Source of the DNA: Dehalococcoidales bacterium
GTDB lineage: Bacteria; Chloroflexota; Dehalococcoidia; Dehalococcoidales; RBG-16-60-22
Reading direction: 5' to 3'
NCBI GenBank assembly: GCA_016930185.1
Contig: JAFGHK010000076.1
Coordinates: 3,005 to 67,004 of the forward strand
DNA length: 64,000 nucleotides
Shown here: piece after piece, positions 47,033 through 55,737 of the stretch
Position numbering within the stretch: the first letter of the stretch is position 1
How the letters are laid out: the number at the start of each line of letters is the position of its first letter
Notes under the pieces: model-generated
What the model was told of the DNA's origin: nothing
What the model saw: the letters and a program-made list of their open reading frames with translations, nothing else
Database searches by the model: none
Made by a program: the position numbers and the translations under genes

Positions 47033-48025
47033 GTGAAAGTATCCAGGCTGGGCGAGTTCGGGCTGATTGACCTGCTCAACAAGATGATAAAGGACGCCAA
47101 ACTTAATACGGCGTCGTCCGACCTTATCCTGGGCATCGGGGACGATACAGCCGCATGGAAAGGCAGGGGGCAAGTCCAGCTGGCCACGGTGGACACGATG
47201 GTGCAGGGTATCCACTTCACGCTAGAAACGACCACCTGGGAAGAACTCGGCTGGAAGTCCTTAGCCATCAACATCAGCGATATCGCCTCGATGGGTGGAA
47301 TACCGCGCTACGCGCTGGTGGCACTGGCGCTGCCCTACGATGCGGAGACGGGAAATATTACCGGCCTATACAAAGGAATGATAGAAATTGCCCGCAAGTA
47401 TAAGGTGGCCATCGCCGGGGGAAACATAAGCCGGGCGCCGCAGGTATCAATAACCGTCACGGTACTGGGGAGCAGTCCGGACAGTAAAATACTCAAGCGC
47501 TCCGCGGCTAAAGTCGGCGACACCGTCGCCATAACCGGCTACGCGGGCAGCGCCGCCGCCGGAATGGAAATCCTGGAGAAAGGGCTCAAGTTCCATACCA
47601 AAACAACCCGCCACCTGAAAAACGCCTTCCTGCACCCGGTGCCGCGCGTCGAGGAAGGCAGGCTGCTGGTCAGGCACGGCATTACTACCGCCATCGACAC
47701 CAGCGACGGGCTGCTGGCCGACCTGCGCCATATCTGCGAGGCCAGCGGGGTGGGGGCAAAGGTGATTACCGACCTGATACCGATAAACAACATGGTAAAA
47801 ACCGGCTTCAAGGAAAAGGCGCTGGAACTGGCGCTGGGGGGCGGAGAGGATTACGAGCTGCTCTTCACCGGCGACGCCAGGAAAATCGCCGGACTAAAGG
47901 AAGATATCAAGTGCCCGGTAACCGTCATCGGGGATATTATCAAAAGCGAGCCGGGTAAAATAGAGCTGGTTGATGCCGATGGAAAGCCGGTCAAAACACG
48001 GCGGACGGGGTGGAAACATTTTTAA
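47033..48025 (+). CDS. thiL: thiamine-monophosphate kinase
   Basis: 330 aa with a GTG start. GEFGLIDLL, GDDTAA and DTSDGLLADL are present. An extended -10 (TGATATAAT) ends at 47022, so the mRNA may be nearly leaderless. Confidence 0.85.
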   Translation: MKVSRLGEFGLIDLLNKMIKDAKLNTASSDLILGIGDDTAAWKGRGQVQLATVDTMVQGIHFTLETTTWEELGWKSLAINISDIASMGGIPRYALVALALPYDAETGNITGLYKGMIEIARKYKVAIAGGNISRAPQVSITVTVLGSSPDSKILKRSAAKVGDTVAITGYAGSAAAGMEILEKGLKFHTKTTRHLKNAFLHPVPRVEEGRLLVRHGITTAIDTSDGLLADLRHICEASGVGAKVITDLIPINNMVKTGFKEKALELALGGGEDYELLFTGDARKIAGLKEDIKCPVTVIGDIIKSEPGKIELVDADGKPVKTRRTGWKHF

Positions 48026-48042
48026 CCTGCCGGAGACGTAAT

Positions 48043-48510
48043 ATGACAATGATACCGAAAGTGATACTGAATACCGACCTCAACGAGGGATTTTGTTTCG
48101 GGTGCGGGCAAAATAACCCCATCGGGATGAAGCTGCGCTTCAACAGGGATGGTGAGACCATCCGCACCGAGTTCACGCCGGACAAGATGCACCAGGGATG
48201 GCCGGGACTGCTGCATGGGGGCATCCTGTACTGCCTGCTGGACGAGACGATGAGCAACATGGCCTACGCCACGGGGAACACCTGCGTGACCGCCAGCATC
48301 GAAATCAGGCAGCGCCAGCCGGTCGAGGTGGAGGTGCCGCTCGTGATTACAGCCCGGATAACGCGCCACCGGAAAAAGGTCATCGAGACGGCGGGGAAAG
48401 TAACACTAAAAGACGGCACGGTCATCGCCGAGGCTACCGCCAAGCAGTTTATCGCGGAAAACCAGACGGAGCTGGGCGACAAGGTAAAGGAGACCCGCCG
48501 CCATGTCTGA
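48043..48510 (+). CDS. PaaI/hotdog-fold thioesterase
   Basis: 155 aa from ATG 48043, with CFGCGQNNPIGMKL and LHGGILYCLLDETM. Confidence 0.75.
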   Translation: MTMIPKVILNTDLNEGFCFGCGQNNPIGMKLRFNRDGETIRTEFTPDKMHQGWPGLLHGGILYCLLDETMSNMAYATGNTCVTASIEIRQRQPVEVEVPLVITARITRHRKKVIETAGKVTLKDGTVIAEATAKQFIAENQTELGDKVKETRRHV

Positions 48511-49168
48511 ATCCCGATTTGAAGCCGTACTCTGGGACATGGACGGCGTTATCGCCGATACTGCCGATTATCATTACGGCGCCTGGAGGGACGTATTCGG
48601 GGAAAGTGGGGTGGCATTCAGTAAAGAGGACTTCATGCGGCATTTCGGGCGGAGACATGACACGATTATCAAGTTCGCCCTCGGCGATAAGCTGACCCCG
48701 GAAGAAGTCGATGCCATTGCCGGGAAAAAGCAGGTTATCTACCGCGAGCGTGTATCTAAAAACGTCGTCCCGCTGCCGGGAGCAATCGAGCTGATAAAGT
48801 TACTCAACAAGCACAGGATAAAGACAGCCATAGCCACATCGGCGGTGTTGAAAAATATCGACGTTATCCTGAAAGGGCTCGGCATCCAGGACAGCTTCCA
48901 GGCAATCGCTTACGGCACGGAGGTAGCCGAAGGTAAGCCAAGCCCGCAGATATTCCAGCTGGCGGCTACCAGGCTGGGCGTAAGGCCGGCCGACTGCGTG
49001 GTTATCGAGGATGCCATCGCCGGAGTTGCCGCCGCCAAGCGCGCCGGTATGAAATGCATAGCGGTGACCAACAGCCACCCCGGCATGAGCCTGAAAAACG
49101 CCGACCTTATCGTGGACACGCTGGAAAAGGTTGATATAGAGATATTAAGAAGCCTTTTTAATAGCTGA
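48503..49168 (+). CDS. HAD-superfamily hydrolase, beta-phosphoglucomutase-like subfamily
   Basis: 221 aa with WDMDGVIADT (DxD), TSA, GKPSPQIF and EDAIAGVAAAKRAGM. Confidence 0.85.
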   Translation: MSESRFEAVLWDMDGVIADTADYHYGAWRDVFGESGVAFSKEDFMRHFGRRHDTIIKFALGDKLTPEEVDAIAGKKQVIYRERVSKNVVPLPGAIELIKLLNKHRIKTAIATSAVLKNIDVILKGLGIQDSFQAIAYGTEVAEGKPSPQIFQLAATRLGVRPADCVVIEDAIAGVAAAKRAGMKCIAVTNSHPGMSLKNADLIVDTLEKVDIEILRSLFNS

Positions 49169-49194
49169 TATAAACTGATTTTGAGGAGTAATTG

Positions 49195-49611
49195 ATGGAA
49201 AGGTCTCTGGTCTTAATCAAACCCGACGCCATGGAGAGGGGTCTGGCGGGGGCTATCATGGGGCGGCTTCAGGGGGCGGGGCTCAAGCTTACCGCCCTGC
49301 GGACGCTGCACATGGATAAATCCCTGGCGGAAAGGCACTATGCCATTCATAAAGAGAAGCCGTTTTTTAAAGACCTGGTTGAATATATAACGTCCGCGCC
49401 CATCGTGGCGGCAATATTTGAGGGCGATGGAGCCGTGGAGCGTATCAGGAAGCTCATGGGCGCCACCGACCCCGCTAAAGCCGAGGAGGGGACGATACGT
49501 AAGGACTACGGGCTGGACGTCCAGCGGAATTCCACGCACGCCTCCGACTCGCCGGAAAACGCGGAAATTGAGATAAAGAATTTCTTTAGTGTAAAAGAGA
49601 TTTTCAGCTAG
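49195..49611 (+). CDS. ndk: nucleoside-diphosphate kinase
   Basis: ERSLVLIKPDA and the active-site NSTHASDS are present. Confidence 0.95.
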   Translation: MERSLVLIKPDAMERGLAGAIMGRLQGAGLKLTALRTLHMDKSLAERHYAIHKEKPFFKDLVEYITSAPIVAAIFEGDGAVERIRKLMGATDPAKAEEGTIRKDYGLDVQRNSTHASDSPENAEIEIKNFFSVKEIFS

Positions 49612-49659
49612 CTACACAATTAAGTAGATTGTTGGACAACATTAGTTTATTGCGTGTTA

Positions 49660-51045
49660 TCATATTCCATACGTCGGCAGGTCACTGTCCCACCACGTTT
49701 CGGGGTTTCTCCCATAACCTGAATCACCATCCAGCTTTCTGAACATTCCGTTGAACACTGGTGTGGTAGATAAAATTTGTCTTATCAAATTGTGTATATG
49801 TATAAACGACTTATCCAGCTTGGAGAAGGGGCATGCAGCCAGACAGATGCCACAATCATGCCCGCCTATCCTCAGCCAATGTGAAAAACAATTGGGGGCT
49901 TTCTCATAGTATGTCTTAACGCCGGGATTGTTCCAGGGTCCCTGTACCTCCCACGAGGGTTCTGTCTCTATACTCAGGGCATTGCTTGGACAGACCTCGG
50001 CGCACTTCTTACAGGTACGACAAAAGCGGAATATACCGGCATCTATCGGCCTGGTAGGAGCCAGCGGCAAATCGGTAACAACCTTGTATACCCTCACCAA
50101 TGGCCCCCAATATGGAGAAATCATCCTGTTCAAACGGCTCAATTCACCCAGCCCTGCCAGCACACCGAAACCAGGGCTATTACCCATAGTGCCCATATTG
50201 CCATCAGCCAGGCACTGATAACCAAGTCTGTTAATAAATTGCTGGAGGCGAAGCTGGACTGAAGTACCCTGCGAATAGGCCAGCGAAGAGGCAGCCGTAG
50301 CCAGTGCTGCCGGTGCTGTGGCCATGGAGAGTGGAGACATCCGGATGGTGTAGACAATAACCCATTTCGCTTTATAGGGTATCACCTTATTCTTCTTCGT
50401 CTCATAAGCCCTGTCTACATCCTCAAATTCCCACTTCCTACCGTCCCAGCCATCAAATTCGTATATCAGCTTACGTGTATTTTCGTCGAGTTCTACCACG
50501 CCAACAGAGTCGGCTCCATAAAGCTTAGCCGCCGCCCTGACCATCCGTGTATTTTCTTCGGGAGTGCCTTCATAGCGATGGTAGTCAAATCCGTCGGGTA
50601 TGCCCGACATGGTGAAGGGAATCGGGATTTCAGGCCCGAGGAAGGCATGCTCTGTAGTTAAGAGTGATGTTAGCCATCCGCCGGCGACCAGAGCTTTTTC
50701 TCTAAGGGTGTACCCCAGCTCATTTTCAATTATAGATTTCGTAGCTTTTTCGGCCGACTGCTTTCCCAATTTCATCGCATTATCGGGGCCAACAGCTTCG
50801 GAAAAACCGTTGACGAACATGATATTACTGGAATCAAAGCGCTTCATCCGGCCCCAATCGATTTCCACAGTGGGCTTATCGACTTCTCTTATCCACCATG
50901 GCAATTTCCTCTCTGCCGCCTTTGATGCTTTGACCTCATCAAGGTCACGGTATCGCGTAGAACCCGGGCCACCGCCATGGGTATCTCCCTCCAACCAGAG
51001 TTTCTTCATGAACCCTCTCTTACTCTGTGAACTGTGGTACTTCAT
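49660..51045 (-). CDS. rdhA: reductive dehalogenase homologous protein (RdhA) with decayed TAT signal
   Basis: 461 aa. LPWWIREVDKPTVEIDW, CRTCKKCAEVCPSNAL and CGICLAACPF (two Fe-S motifs) are present. The N-terminus YHSSQSKRGFMKKLWLEGDTHGG occupies the place where the SRRDFMK plus hydrophobic region is expected. Confidence 0.85.
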   Translation of the reverse strand: MKYHSSQSKRGFMKKLWLEGDTHGGGPGSTRYRDLDEVKASKAAERKLPWWIREVDKPTVEIDWGRMKRFDSSNIMFVNGFSEAVGPDNAMKLGKQSAEKATKSIIENELGYTLREKALVAGGWLTSLLTTEHAFLGPEIPIPFTMSGIPDGFDYHRYEGTPEENTRMVRAAAKLYGADSVGVVELDENTRKLIYEFDGWDGRKWEFEDVDRAYETKKNKVIPYKAKWVIVYTIRMSPLSMATAPAALATAASSLAYSQGTSVQLRLQQFINRLGYQCLADGNMGTMGNSPGFGVLAGLGELSRLNRMISPYWGPLVRVYKVVTDLPLAPTRPIDAGIFRFCRTCKKCAEVCPSNALSIETEPSWEVQGPWNNPGVKTYYEKAPNCFSHWLRIGGHDCGICLAACPFSKLDKSFIHIHNLIRQILSTTPVFNGMFRKLDGDSGYGRNPETWWDSDLPTYGI

Positions 51046-51210
51046 GACTACTGTCCCTTTCTATACTGGATCCCCCGTCCTGCTAAACAGCTCGGGTATA
51101 TATACAAAGGTCCACGCGTAACTATCCAGGCTTTCATGTGGCAAGACCAACTAATCACCTTCCGTATTTTGCAAATAGTCTATTAAGCTTGATTTTTGTT
51201 GTCGATTGCC

Positions 51211-51999
51211 CTACTTTTTCACTGTCAAAGCTTTAATAATTTTCCTCACGATTGCTGGATTTTTATACACCCACAATGACAATAGGGAAAAGGCAACTAG
51301 AAACAGAAATAATCCAAGATATAATAATGAATAGCTTGAAACCATATTGTATAACAAGATAATGTTTAATATTAATGAAAAAATGAATATGGCTAGCCCT
51401 ATTTGTGATATACTGTCTGTTTTTTCTTTGGTTTTAGGATTTACCTCTTTTTTTTCTTTCTCTGTTTGCGGAGTTTCTGGTTTAATCCCATAATATTTAC
51501 ACAATTCTTTATATGTATAAACTCTTCTACATCTTTTATTTTTACATCTATATAACAAAATTAGAGTATCAAATTCCAATTCCCTTTTACATTGTGGACA
51601 TTTAAACTTACGATAAGTGAACTTTTTTTCTTCTTCAGTAAAAGTCTCTTCCTTTGCATACTTTAAGAATTGGAAATTACATCCACAATGTTTGCACGCC
51701 CACTGATATGTTGTAAAATTCTCACCCTTAATTCTTCTGACTTCATGAGTCCAACACCTAGGACATTCCGCTTCACTATTATCATAAATTAACCTTGTTT
51801 CCGGGTTAGATAAAATACTATAGGCCTCGTTTAACTTCTTTAATATTTCACTCGCTCTCGGGTCATTATTTATATCCGGATGATACTTTTTTACAAGCAT
51901 TCTATATGATTTTTTTATTGCATCAACAGGAGCTCCTTTTTTCAATCCTAAAGCCTCGTAATACCTGTATCTCCGTTTGACTTTATATTCAATATCCAT
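51211..51999 (-). CDS. J-domain protein with two zinc-ribbon motifs and two C-terminal TM helices
   Basis: 262 aa. YYEALGLKKGAPVDAIKKSYRMLVKKYHPD carries the HPD motif. Zinc-ribbon cysteines are CPRC...CKHCGC and CPQC...CKNKRC. The C-terminus is hydrophobic. The gene is visibly much more AT-rich than its flanks. Confidence 0.75.
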   Translation of the reverse strand: MDIEYKVKRRYRYYEALGLKKGAPVDAIKKSYRMLVKKYHPDINNDPRASEILKKLNEAYSILSNPETRLIYDNSEAECPRCWTHEVRRIKGENFTTYQWACKHCGCNFQFLKYAKEETFTEEEKKFTYRKFKCPQCKRELEFDTLILLYRCKNKRCRRVYTYKELCKYYGIKPETPQTEKEKKEVNPKTKEKTDSISQIGLAIFIFSLILNIILLYNMVSSYSLLYLGLFLFLVAFSLLSLWVYKNPAIVRKIIKALTVKK

Positions 52000-52033
52000 C
52001 TTTCATCAACGTAACAACGTAATACAATTATTC

Positions 52034-52378
52034 CTACTGAATTTTTAGCACGACTTTAGCATCCTGCCAGAGTCCGTCCAGGTTATAGTAATCACGCTCC
52101 GCCGCGCCGAAAATATGTATTATAACGTCGCTGTAATCGAGTAGAATCCAGCCGGAGTCGGCACTTCCCTCGCGGTGATGCGGCAGGACGCCCCCTTGTT
52201 TAAATTCCATTTCAATTTCGTCGCTGATGGTGCGCATCTGCCGGGCGCTATCACCGGCGCAGATAACAAAATAGTCCGCAAAGCTGCATTGTTCACGGAC
52301 ATCCAGCAGGACGATATTGCCGGCCTGCTTGTCGCCGGCGATTTCAACGGCTTTACGGGCTAGTTCCAGTGCTTCCAG
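52034..52378 (-). CDS. rsfS: ribosomal silencing factor
   Basis: The frame is open from 52378 and reads LEALELARKAVEIAGDKQAGNIVLLDVREQCSFADYFVICAGDSARQMRTISDEIE...GWILLDYSDVIIHIF. The first codon after an in-frame TAA is CTG, 7 nt after GGGAGGG. The ORF track shows only the part starting at the internal ATG. Confidence 0.8.
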   Translation of the reverse strand: MEALELARKAVEIAGDKQAGNIVLLDVREQCSFADYFVICAGDSARQMRTISDEIEMEFKQGGVLPHHREGSADSGWILLDYSDVIIHIFGAAERDYYNLDGLWQDAKVVLKIQ

Positions 52379-52440
52379 TTATAATCCCTCCCTGTCTAAC
52401 TCCTAAATTATAACACATGCCGTCAGAGCACGTGTATATT

Positions 52441-52468
52441 TTGCCCTTCGGAAAAAGGCTGTTATAAT
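52441..52468 (+). promoter_or_regulatory. extended -10 promoter for the Mo-oxidoreductase operon
   Basis: TTGCCC (52441-52446), a 16-nt spacer, then TGtTATAAT (52460-52468), 64 nt before ATG 52533. Confidence 0.5.
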
Positions 52469-52532
52469 TAGGGAAAACAGGGGCTTACTCCTCTATTTTT
52501 TTTATATTCTTTAAGAAGGGGCTCTACTTTTT

Positions 52533-54596
52533 ATGGCTAAGACGACGGAAGTTAAAGACGGCATTTGCTATATGTGCACCACCGCCTGCCCGATGAAGGT
52601 CCATGTCCGTGACGGCAGGGTGGTTAAGGTCGATACGGCAGACCCGAGTGTCAATCACTGCCCCCGCTGGAAAGCCCAGACGGACTTTATTTACCACCCG
52701 GACCGCCTTCTTTACCCTCTTAAGCGCGCCGGCAAGCGGGGGGACAATAACTGGCAGCGCATATCCTGGGACGAAGCGCTGGATATAACGGCCGACGGCC
52801 TCCAGAAAGTCAAGGACGAATACGGACCCGAATCCGTTGTTTTCTGGATTGCCTACACTAAAGAGCCGCGACCCTATTTCCACCGGCTGACCCACGCCTT
52901 CGGTTCGCCCAACTACTGCACCGAAAGCAGCACCTGCTTTTCAGCCACATGGGTAGCGGCTAACCTTACTTACGGTGCGGAATATTCCTATATGACGGCG
53001 TCCAGCGCCGGCATCGACCCGGAGACCAGATGCAAGATAATCTGGGGGTCGGCAGTGATATCGACGCCCCCCGTCTGGCAGGTTAATCTTAAAGCTCAAG
53101 AAAAGGGCATCAAACTCATCGTCGTCGACCCGCGCCGCACGGAAATCGCCGCCAAAGCCGATATCCACCTCCAGCTCCGCCCCGGCACCGACGGAGCCCT
53201 GGCGCTGGGCATGATGAACGTAATCATAAGTGAAAACCTGCATGATAAAGACTTCCTCGATAAATGGACAGTCGGCTTCGAGGGTTTGAAAAAACTCGCT
53301 CAAGAATACACTCTAGAACGCACAGAAAAAATCACTTACGTTCCCGCAGCGAAAATCAGGGAGGCTGCTTTACTTTACGCCAGGAACAAGCCGGCTAAGC
53401 TGCACTTAAGCGCCAACGGCACCACCCACCATGCCAACGGCGTGCAGAACCACCGCGCCGTGATTCTGCTGGCGGCGCTGACCGGCAACATCGGCGTGCC
53501 CGGCGGCAATATGCCGCACCCCGTTTTAAAGCCAAAACCAAATGACATCACTCTCCATGATAGGGTAGAAAAAATGCCCCCCGGCGTGGGCGCGGCGCGC
53601 TTCCCGATATGGACGAAGCGATACCACGAAATGCAGTCGAACGCTATAGCCGACCAGATTGAAAGCGGAAAGCCCTACCCTATAAAAGCAATGTTCTCCG
53701 CGGGACTGGATATCCAATTTTTTGCCAATCCACGGCGTATAACCAACGCCCTGAAAAAGCTGGACTTCATCGCTGTGACGGAATATTTCCACACGCCCGG
53801 CACGCAGACGGCGGATATCGTCTTGCCCATCGCCTCCTGGCTGGAAAGGCCGATTCTCCTGACCGAATACACCGATACTATCAAGCTGATACAACCGGCC
53901 GTCAGCCCTCCCGGCGAGTGCCGGTCGGAATGGGATATATATTCCGAACTCGCAAAGCGATTGGGCTTCGGGGACCTGTTCTGGGACGGCAGCTTTGAAA
54001 AGTGCGCCGACCATATTCTGGAACCCCTGAAAATCACCTGCAACTACCTTAAAACAAGACCGGAGGGCATCAAACCAGAAACAGAACCGAGGCCGGCGAA
54101 ACACTATGAAAAGACAGGCTTCAGGACAGCTTCCGGAAAGGTGGAGATAGCCTCTTCGGTGCTGAAAGAACACGGCATCGACCCCCTCCCCGTTTACCGG
54201 GAGCCGCCGGAAAGTCCGCTGTCCCAACCGGAACTGGCTGAAAAATACCCGCTGGTAATGACCACCGGCGCCAGGGTCATGGCATACACTCATTCCCAAT
54301 TCCGCAACATACCCCAACTCCGCACGTTGATGCCCGACCCGCTGGTAGATATCAACCCCGCCGATGCATCACCTCGCGGCATTAAGACCGGCGATACGGT
54401 GACCGTCAGCTCGCCGCGCGGCAGCATCAGGATGAAAGCCTGCGTGACCGACACGATACTGCCCGGCGTTGTTACCCTGCCCCACCACTGGCCCAGCGAG
54501 GCAAACGTCAACGAGCTGGTGGACGACAGGACACTCGACCCTATCTCCGGGTTTATCCCCTGTAAATCGCAGCTCTGCCAGGTAGCTAAATACTAA
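52533..54596 (+). CDS. cytoplasmic molybdopterin (bis-PGD) oxidoreductase, DMSO-reductase superfamily
   Basis: 687 aa. The N-terminal Fe-S motif is CYMCTTAC-x24-C. No twin-arginine signal is present. The sequence is typical of the MopB family throughout and ends in a beta-barrel region (GDTVTVSSPRGSI). Confidence 0.85.
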   Translation: MAKTTEVKDGICYMCTTACPMKVHVRDGRVVKVDTADPSVNHCPRWKAQTDFIYHPDRLLYPLKRAGKRGDNNWQRISWDEALDITADGLQKVKDEYGPESVVFWIAYTKEPRPYFHRLTHAFGSPNYCTESSTCFSATWVAANLTYGAEYSYMTASSAGIDPETRCKIIWGSAVISTPPVWQVNLKAQEKGIKLIVVDPRRTEIAAKADIHLQLRPGTDGALALGMMNVIISENLHDKDFLDKWTVGFEGLKKLAQEYTLERTEKITYVPAAKIREAALLYARNKPAKLHLSANGTTHHANGVQNHRAVILLAALTGNIGVPGGNMPHPVLKPKPNDITLHDRVEKMPPGVGAARFPIWTKRYHEMQSNAIADQIESGKPYPIKAMFSAGLDIQFFANPRRITNALKKLDFIAVTEYFHTPGTQTADIVLPIASWLERPILLTEYTDTIKLIQPAVSPPGECRSEWDIYSELAKRLGFGDLFWDGSFEKCADHILEPLKITCNYLKTRPEGIKPETEPRPAKHYEKTGFRTASGKVEIASSVLKEHGIDPLPVYREPPESPLSQPELAEKYPLVMTTGARVMAYTHSQFRNIPQLRTLMPDPLVDINPADASPRGIKTGDTVTVSSPRGSIRMKACVTDTILPGVVTLPHHWPSEANVNELVDDRTLDPISGFIPCKSQLCQVAKY

Positions 54597-54613
54597 AAAC
54601 ACGTGGAGGCATC

Positions 54614-55537
54614 ATGAATTTATCTCCGAAAGATAAGCTGAAGTTCAAGGCCAATCCCGCAAAATACATAGAGGTAGAGATAAAACGATATGCCGCCGGA
54701 AGCCCCTTAAACCGCCTGCCCGACTACGATAACGAGCCGGTTATCGAGGAGCCGCTGGTGGGCTTTGCTAATGGCTACGACCCGATTTTCGATGAGTTTA
54801 AAAAGGATTCTGTCATCGGCGGTTTTCATCTCACCCCTCTGGAAGCCTTTAAATTCTATTCCGAAAAACAGGATAAGCCAGCCGTAACAAGCCAGCCGGC
54901 CGCATTAAGCGTAATATCGGTCGGCTTTACCCTGCCCAGGAAGACCCGCTTGAGCAACCGGCCGAAATCAAGAATGGCAGCCCCCAAGTGGCGCTACGCC
55001 TACGGTCTGGCTTTCATGCTGATGTCGGAGACTTTAAGTCATGTCGTGTCCCTGCTGGAAAGCGCCGGCCATCGCGCCGTAGCCCCCGTATGCACCCGGC
55101 CCATGTCCTTCCCTATTATACGCGACGGTCTGCCTTACGCGGACTGGTCGGAAAAACACGCCGCTTACGCCGCCGGAATGGGCACTTTCGGTCTCAACAC
55201 CAGCCTGATAACGCCTTCAGGCATATCCGCCCATCTCGGCAGCCTGATAACGGATTTAGCCATTAGGGCCACCCCCAGAACATATGACAATCTCCACGCC
55301 TACTGCCTGCACTTCCGCGACGGTTCCTGCGGCAAGTGTGCGTCACACTGTCCTTCAGGTGCGGTCAACACCCTGTCCTTCCGGGCTAAAAAGTGCCTGG
55401 ACTACACAATGAATGACCTGCAGAAATTAAGTCGGGAACTGGAGGGCGAATTAAAACCCCCCGACCACCCCATGTGCGCCCTCTGCCAGATAAGGGTGCC
55501 CTGCGAAGCCTGTATTCCCGCCGCTAAATCGGCATAA
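54614..55537 (+). CDS. QueG/RdhA-superfamily Fe-S protein (epoxyqueuosine-reductase-like core)
   Basis: 307 aa. WSEKHAAYAAGMGTFGLNTSLITPSGISAHLGSLITDL followed by CGKCASHCPSGAV matches the reductive-dehalogenase-superfamily core. The second cluster motif is atypical (CALCQIRVPCEAC). GGAGG lies 5 nt upstream of the start, and the start is 17 nt after the upstream stop. Confidence 0.65.
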   Translation: MNLSPKDKLKFKANPAKYIEVEIKRYAAGSPLNRLPDYDNEPVIEEPLVGFANGYDPIFDEFKKDSVIGGFHLTPLEAFKFYSEKQDKPAVTSQPAALSVISVGFTLPRKTRLSNRPKSRMAAPKWRYAYGLAFMLMSETLSHVVSLLESAGHRAVAPVCTRPMSFPIIRDGLPYADWSEKHAAYAAGMGTFGLNTSLITPSGISAHLGSLITDLAIRATPRTYDNLHAYCLHFRDGSCGKCASHCPSGAVNTLSFRAKKCLDYTMNDLQKLSRELEGELKPPDHPMCALCQIRVPCEACIPAAKSA

Positions 55538-55692
55538 AAACAGGCACAATAATTCCAAACCGGAACGTTGCTAGATGGGCTGCGGTTTTCTTTAGAATTT
55601 CTTTACAAAATCTTAATGATTCTTTATGTTAGTTTAGGCGTTTCTACATAACAAAAAGGTAGACTGGGAATAGGTAAAAACCACCAATTCAG

Positions 55693-55710
55693 GTAAGGGT
55701 TAACCCTTAC
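55693..55710 (+). promoter_or_regulatory. perfect 18-bp palindrome followed by a T-run (terminator or operator)
   Basis: GTAAGGGTTAACCCTTAC is followed by TTTTCT. It lies 155 nt after the stop at 55537 and 27 nt before ATG 55738. Confidence 0.45.
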
Positions 55711-55737
55711 TTTTCTGAAAACGCAAGCTGGGGAAAA

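Noticed and set aside
49612-51210. A search for rdhB or an rdh regulator flanking rdhA.
   Set aside because: The flanking gaps of 48 and 165 nt contain no hydrophobic ORF. The neighbours are ndk and the J-domain gene.
53526-54317. A 263-aa minus-strand ORF inside the Mo-oxidoreductase gene.
   Set aside because: It is an antisense shadow of a strongly supported MopB-family CDS.
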